Assembly: GCA_964374105.1 (NCBI GenBank)
Contig: CAYJXI010000001.1
Span: 199,743 to 263,742 of the forward strand
Length of the DNA: 64,000 nt
Source: an uncultured Planctomycetales bacterium
Lineage (GTDB): Bacteria > Omnitrophota > Gorgyraeia > Zapsychrales > JANLHA01
Reading direction: 5' to 3'
Shown here: one piece after another, positions 39,001-45,000 of the stretch
How the letters are laid out: each line of letters begins with the position of its first letter
Numbering within the stretch: position 1 is the first letter of the stretch
The notes under the pieces: model-generated
Seen by the model: the letters and a program-made list of their open reading frames with translations, nothing else
The model's database searches: none
Told to the model about the DNA's origin: nothing
Made by a program: the position numbers and the translations under genes

Positions 39001-42000
39001 AAGAGGTTTAGAGTCAGTGCTTTTTGTGGACCAGCCAGCAGCCAAAAAAGAGTCAGTCAATCCTATCAAAGCAGCGCGTACTTTGAAAGAAAAAGGCGTC
39101 TCTTTAAAAGGATTAGAGCGAATGATTGGTTATTCCCGATTCGTTGTAGCTGTAAGGCAAAAGGAAACAATCGAACATCACAGTTCTTACCATGTCAAAG
39201 AACGAGAAAGAAAGAGCCAAGGCGATTTAAAACGATTGGAAGTCGTTCGATATATTTACAAAGCTGAAAGGTTTAAAGACGTAGAGATTGGCTCGTTAGA
39301 ATTGGGATTAACATCTGAAGGGATTGCTCTGGTCGCAGGTACGGTGTTCAATCAATTAGAGCGTTACCGGCAATTCAAGCCTGACCGGTTCAAAATTATT
39401 TTAGACACAATGAATGAAGTGTTTAAGATTTTTGTCCCAGAGGAAGGGATTTACGGCGAGGCATATCTCCGTTCAATGGGAGAGGTCATTGATCAGTTGT
39501 TAAAGCAAAGGGATTTCGGAAAAGAAGTCAACGACATCTTGGCAGGCGTGGCTTTATGGAATAAAGAGCTGCGTGGGCGGTTTAATCAATGGCTCGAGTA
39601 TCAAAAAGAACCCACAAAATATGTTAATCCAATCCTTGCTCTTGCCGCTCGGAATATTCCTGTATCTCAGCTGCAAGCTGTCATCAATTATTTAAGGATC
39701 AAACTGGGAGAAGTTCAGAATATCTTCTTCTTATTTTTAGAGCTGCGAGCGCAGAGTGATTCAGGTATTACAAAATCGCAAACAGCCAAAGAGCAGATGG
39801 ATGCATTCGAAGGAACTTCGCAGGCGGAAATTGAATTTGTCAAAGCCTTATTGGCAGCCATACAGGCACGCAAGCAAGAAGGAGACAATCTTGAATCCCG
39901 TGGATCCCCCGATCCCCACCGCGCCAAGGCGGGGAATCATCTGCCGGAAGATCCGGTGAAACGCGAGGAGGCGATTCAGAAGGAGATTGCTGGGAATCAG
40001 AAGATCCCCGATAAGGTAAGAGAATATGTGGTACGAGTTATCAGAGAAGCCCAAGGGATCGTGGGCAAAAAGGACCGAAAAATCGTCAGGGCCCTGGAGG
40101 AGATGGCCTCCATCGAGATCCGCGCGGGACCGTCGTTGAACTTGTGGGGAGTTATCCGTAATAGGTCAAAGGTCAAAGGTCATAGGTCAGTGGAAAATCC
40201 TATGAGCTATGACCTATCAGCTATGAGCTCCCCAGCTATCAGCTCTTCGGCTGAAGTTAACATAAAAAGGGACAGTCCCTTTTTATGTCAACCTGTTCTC
40301 TTCCTCGACACTTCCCTCCTTGATCCCGATAACCACCAGGAACTTCTCATCACCCTGATCCACGAAGCTGGCGTGCTCTTGGGCCGCGGCGACAAACGGA
40401 ATGAACGATTTGCCCAGCGGCTCTTTAAGACCCCCGCGCCTTCCCTGAGCTGGCACGCCTTCAAAACAGAGTTTATAAAGTATCCTTTGAAGAGACAGTT
40501 GTTCATGTTGACAGGTTTCATCACTGAGGTTGTGGGAATATTTCTGGGAAGCCAATTGTTAGTCCTTGCCGGGATAGGGGTCCTTATTCCCTGCGCGGTC
40601 ATCATGGTTCGATCGGCCATCAAACGTGAGGACATGACCCGCACCCTTTTAACCCAATGGATTTTAAAAAATATATATTTGAATGAGTTCTCAAGTCAGC
40701 ATTTGATGGACCTCAACGCGGTGATTCGATTGCTTGCCTCACTTGGGAAATTAAACCTCGAACTTAAAGAAGCGCTTCTCCATGACCTGCTGGAACGCTA
40801 CGCGTTAAGAAAACCAGGAAAATTTAATTTAGATCATCTTGATCAACTGACCCGTCATTTTGAACCGAAGGGATTGGTTCGTTATTTTCTATTTTATTTG
40901 TCGACCCGGCCCAAGGTCGCGGCTCAAGTTCGTTTCATGGTCAAGCAGTGGATAGAAGAGAACAAGCTCTTCCCCTTACATTCCGTCATCAAGAACAATC
41001 TTTCCATCGGCCCCAAAAAGGTTCTGGTGATTCACAACATTGCCGACGGAATGGGGGATGAGTTGATCCGTGTCGGGACATTGGTCCAGGCCTTATTAGA
41101 CTTCAATCCTGAATTAACGGTCACCATTATCACGACTAGAGATTACCTTTATGATCACTCCCGCGTGCGGCTTGATGTCGATGGCGAGCTCAAGGCATTG
41201 GAGCATGATTATGATGTCGTGGTTCATTACTACGACAAAAAACAAAGATTTTCCGATGTATTAGAAAAACGCGTTCAAGATTATCTGCAGACGCACCCTA
41301 AGATATTTCTGTATATTAGAGCCGACAAAGCCACCGATCTGTTTACCTTTTCTGAAGTCATTGTCGATCAGAAAGAGTACGCGGATGAGCTTAAACTCAA
41401 CCAGCCGCGAGGGAATCATCTGGCCTTCTCTAATAATGTCTATGAACCAATCTTTCGGTTTTTGGCTGAATTGGGGATTCCCTTCCGCGTGGGCGAGGAG
41501 GAACCGCAAGGTGAGTCGTTGTGGATTGGGAAACCCAATCCTGAGGCAGAGATTTTTTGGCAGGATGGTCTCAGCGCGTTCCGCAAGTTACAGGGGAGGT
41601 CTCAAGGAGACAATCGGCCGGTTGCCTTATTTATGCCTTTTGGAGGGATGCATCCCAGCAAGGGAATCGATGCTCTTGAGCCTGAGTCTCTCTACCTCTT
41701 CCTCACAATGGTCAGGCACCTCATCAGTAAGGGTTATGACATTATTATTATTCCCAATGGAGAAACGTGGGGATCTTCAGAGATTGCCGTCGCCATTGTT
41801 GAACGGCTTTTTAATCATGAGGAAAAGACGCACATCATCATAGGTCCGGAACCCAGGGAAATCCCCAGAGACCTCAAATATCTAATTTCCTACTCAGACT
41901 ATAATTTATTCTTTGAAGGGGGCATGGTTCATTTAGCCTATCATCTGGGATGTCCGTATCATTTTCTAACGATGCCCGGTTCAGGAGTTTTATCAAAATG

Positions 42001-45000
42001 GACACCCGTGGCCTTTGGTCCCCATCAGAGATTTATCATCTCAATGAGGAATTCTATGGCTCAGTTGGCTGATATGGTCCCCACAATGCTGGAGATCCAT
42101 GAGGAGAAGGAGAAATTTTTTGAAGATCTGTTTGAGGAGGAGGATGAAAAAAAGGACAGCCACTCTGCGGACATTCTCCCCCAAGACCCCCACTGCGCTA
42201 AATCGTGGGCGCGATGGCCGCTCGATAAAAAAGAAAAAGAAACGGCGATTCAAAAAGAAATCAGCGGGAATAAAGTTGTGACGCAAGAACAGAGAGACTA
42301 TGTTATCGGTGCAATACGCGAGGCGCAAAGGTTAACAACGATCGATCAAGAAATTGTCCGGGCGTTGGAAGAAATGGCCCGAATGGAAATCCGCGCCGGG
42401 CCGATGCCGAATCTTTTTGGGCTGGTCCGTGCTCAACGTGATCCTGCCTTTATGACTCGTGTGCTCAATAGACTCAGGAAGCATTCCTATAGTCATTATA
42501 TTCTGCATTTAGATACGACTTTAGGCCAATTCCTCCTTGATCCAGCCAACCGCATTGAACTCCTCAGAACTCTTATTCATGAAGCCGGAGTCCTGTTGGG
42601 CAAAAGCGATCAAAAAAATGAACAATTGGCAAAAGAATTTACCAAACATTTAAAGCCTTCAGCGGAATGGTTGCGCGAGAATTTCCAAAACCGCTGGATT
42701 CATCTTCAACAACCCAGAAGTGTCGCTCTGCCCGGGTTCCAGGGAGTCACTCCTGATCAGATTGATCGTGTTATTGAGCCATTTATTTATGATGCATTGG
42801 ACGGTGGGGCCAAGGAATTAAGATTTGAGATGAAATATGATTTTGATAAAGAGAAAGATGAGGAGAAGTTTGTCATTGATGTTTATGAAAAGGACGGGGA
42901 CAAAAAAGTAGGCTGGGATGATGAGCCTTTTAAGGATGTATCAAAAGGTATGGCTGAAACAGTTAAGAAATTGATTAAAGCCCGACAAGTTGCGCTAGAA
43001 TCTGGCAGTAAATCTCCTATTCCATTGGACCATCGCGAATCTTGGGAGAGTATTTTGGATTCGCTTCGAGGGATTAGGTTCGCGATCCTTCCTGGAGTAA
43101 TAACTTTGCTGGAGGGTGTTTTAACCCATGTGGGAACAGGTGAGCTGGGCCGGGAAATTTATATAGGAGAAAAATTGATTGAGGCGTTAAGCCAACGAGA
43201 CCTGGCGCTTTTGCTATTGGAATCTGCTCGCTACGATGCCCTGCCGCTGGTGATGCCAACAACAGCAATCCAGCATGACAAAATGCTTTTATCCAGGATT
43301 ACAAAAATGATTGGTCATCAGCCGGTAAGGGCATCGGTGAGACAAAAGAGGAAAGGTCCTCAAAGTCAAAGATTTTCCAGCCGCGGCACAAAAGATAAAA
43401 ATAAACTTCTCAATGAACTAGAGGGATTAATCAAGAAGATCGAATCGCGGGATGAGGGTGGTTGGAGACGATTTCGAGATTTTGATTTGTCCAGGGTCGA
43501 AAGAATTGTTCGGGAACTGCAGGAGAGTTTTGAGTTGGGTGTAGCGATGGCCAATCGTCTTGCCCGGGTGATTATTGATTTGACTGAAAGTCCAAATATT
43601 TTCGATTCTCTTGGCTCGTTAATCTGGGTGTTGCTCATGTCTCGGGAGCCTATGGACCCCTATTTAGTGAACCAATTGGCAAAAATCTCGTTAGAAAAAG
43701 TTCGGGGGGTTGATCATCACTTGGGGTATTCCAGCAGGTGGGGACCCAATCATCTTTATCATTTATTTTTGATGGCGGAGATTCATCATGCTGTATTAGA
43801 CATGGATACCGTAGAGGAGATTCTGAAATATGGTTTAGAGGATATCACGACTGGATCTTTCCGATCGGAAGTTTCTGAGTTCTGGCATAGGGTGCCGGTC
43901 ACGATTGGGACTTTGCTTTCCGGGCAGAGATGGTTTTCATCCGCATTTTTGGATCATTGGATTGAAAAGTGGAATGGAGACTTTAAGGATGTGATTTACA
44001 TGGAAGATCAGTTTGACGATATCCTGCAGAGCAATCAACCTATGACTGAACAGCAAATCAAAATGATTCAGGAAAAACTTTTGAAAAAAATTAAGAGAAG
44101 AGATCTGAGCTATAACAATTTGTACACCCTCGGTGCTCTTTTGGGCAGCGGCAGGCCACTTTATGAAGAGCAGCAATTTATCGCCAATGCGATCAAGGCG
44201 GTCAAACAACATCTTGATGAGATCGAGGCTGAAGGCCAGGAACTGCATTTTAGTTACTTAGTCTTCACCGTGGGCCTGCTCAAGAATCAGCGAGATCTTT
44301 CTCAAGAGGATCAAGATTATTTTGAGCGGTTGCTTTGGAAGATTTGGGGGAAGCATGCCGGCCATTATTGGCAAGATGGCCGTTTCGTCGATGCCTTTTC
44401 ACCTTATCTCTATGGATTGCAGGGAAAGATCAGGGATGATGTGCCTTTGGGACTGGAGGCTTTTAAGAAAAGGTTGGGTCCTCATTGGAGAACTGCCTTC
44501 AAGATTGCGAATCAAGTTTTCTTCAAGCTCAATCTTTCAGGATTGGCCATCGGTTCGCAGAGTTTGATTAAACTGGAATTACTCAAGGAGGCTCTTGGTC
44601 AAGGCCATCTTGACGAACAGTTTATTGAGAGGATTAAAAAGGAATTCATTCCATCCTTGCGGGTCATTGAGAAGGTGACCGATGTTTATCCAACGGTTGG
44701 GATCGAGACTAAAAAATTGATCCGTAATCACGATGATCTGATCACGGTCTCCTGGCAGGTAGCGATTATCAACTTTTTATCCGAGATCCAATTCCCGACA
44801 GGTTTAGGCAAGTCCTATGCTGAACTAGAGCATTCGGAACTGCGGATCCCTCCTTCGGTTTATCCCATATTCCGTCGGCTTTTGAAAGAAATCAAGCAAG
44901 TGCTGTTTGTGGAAGATGAAAAGGAGTTGGATTTCTATCATACCGCTGTTGCCGGCGATTACGCCGATGAAAGCCGGTTCCTTTTATCCAGCTTCTTTTT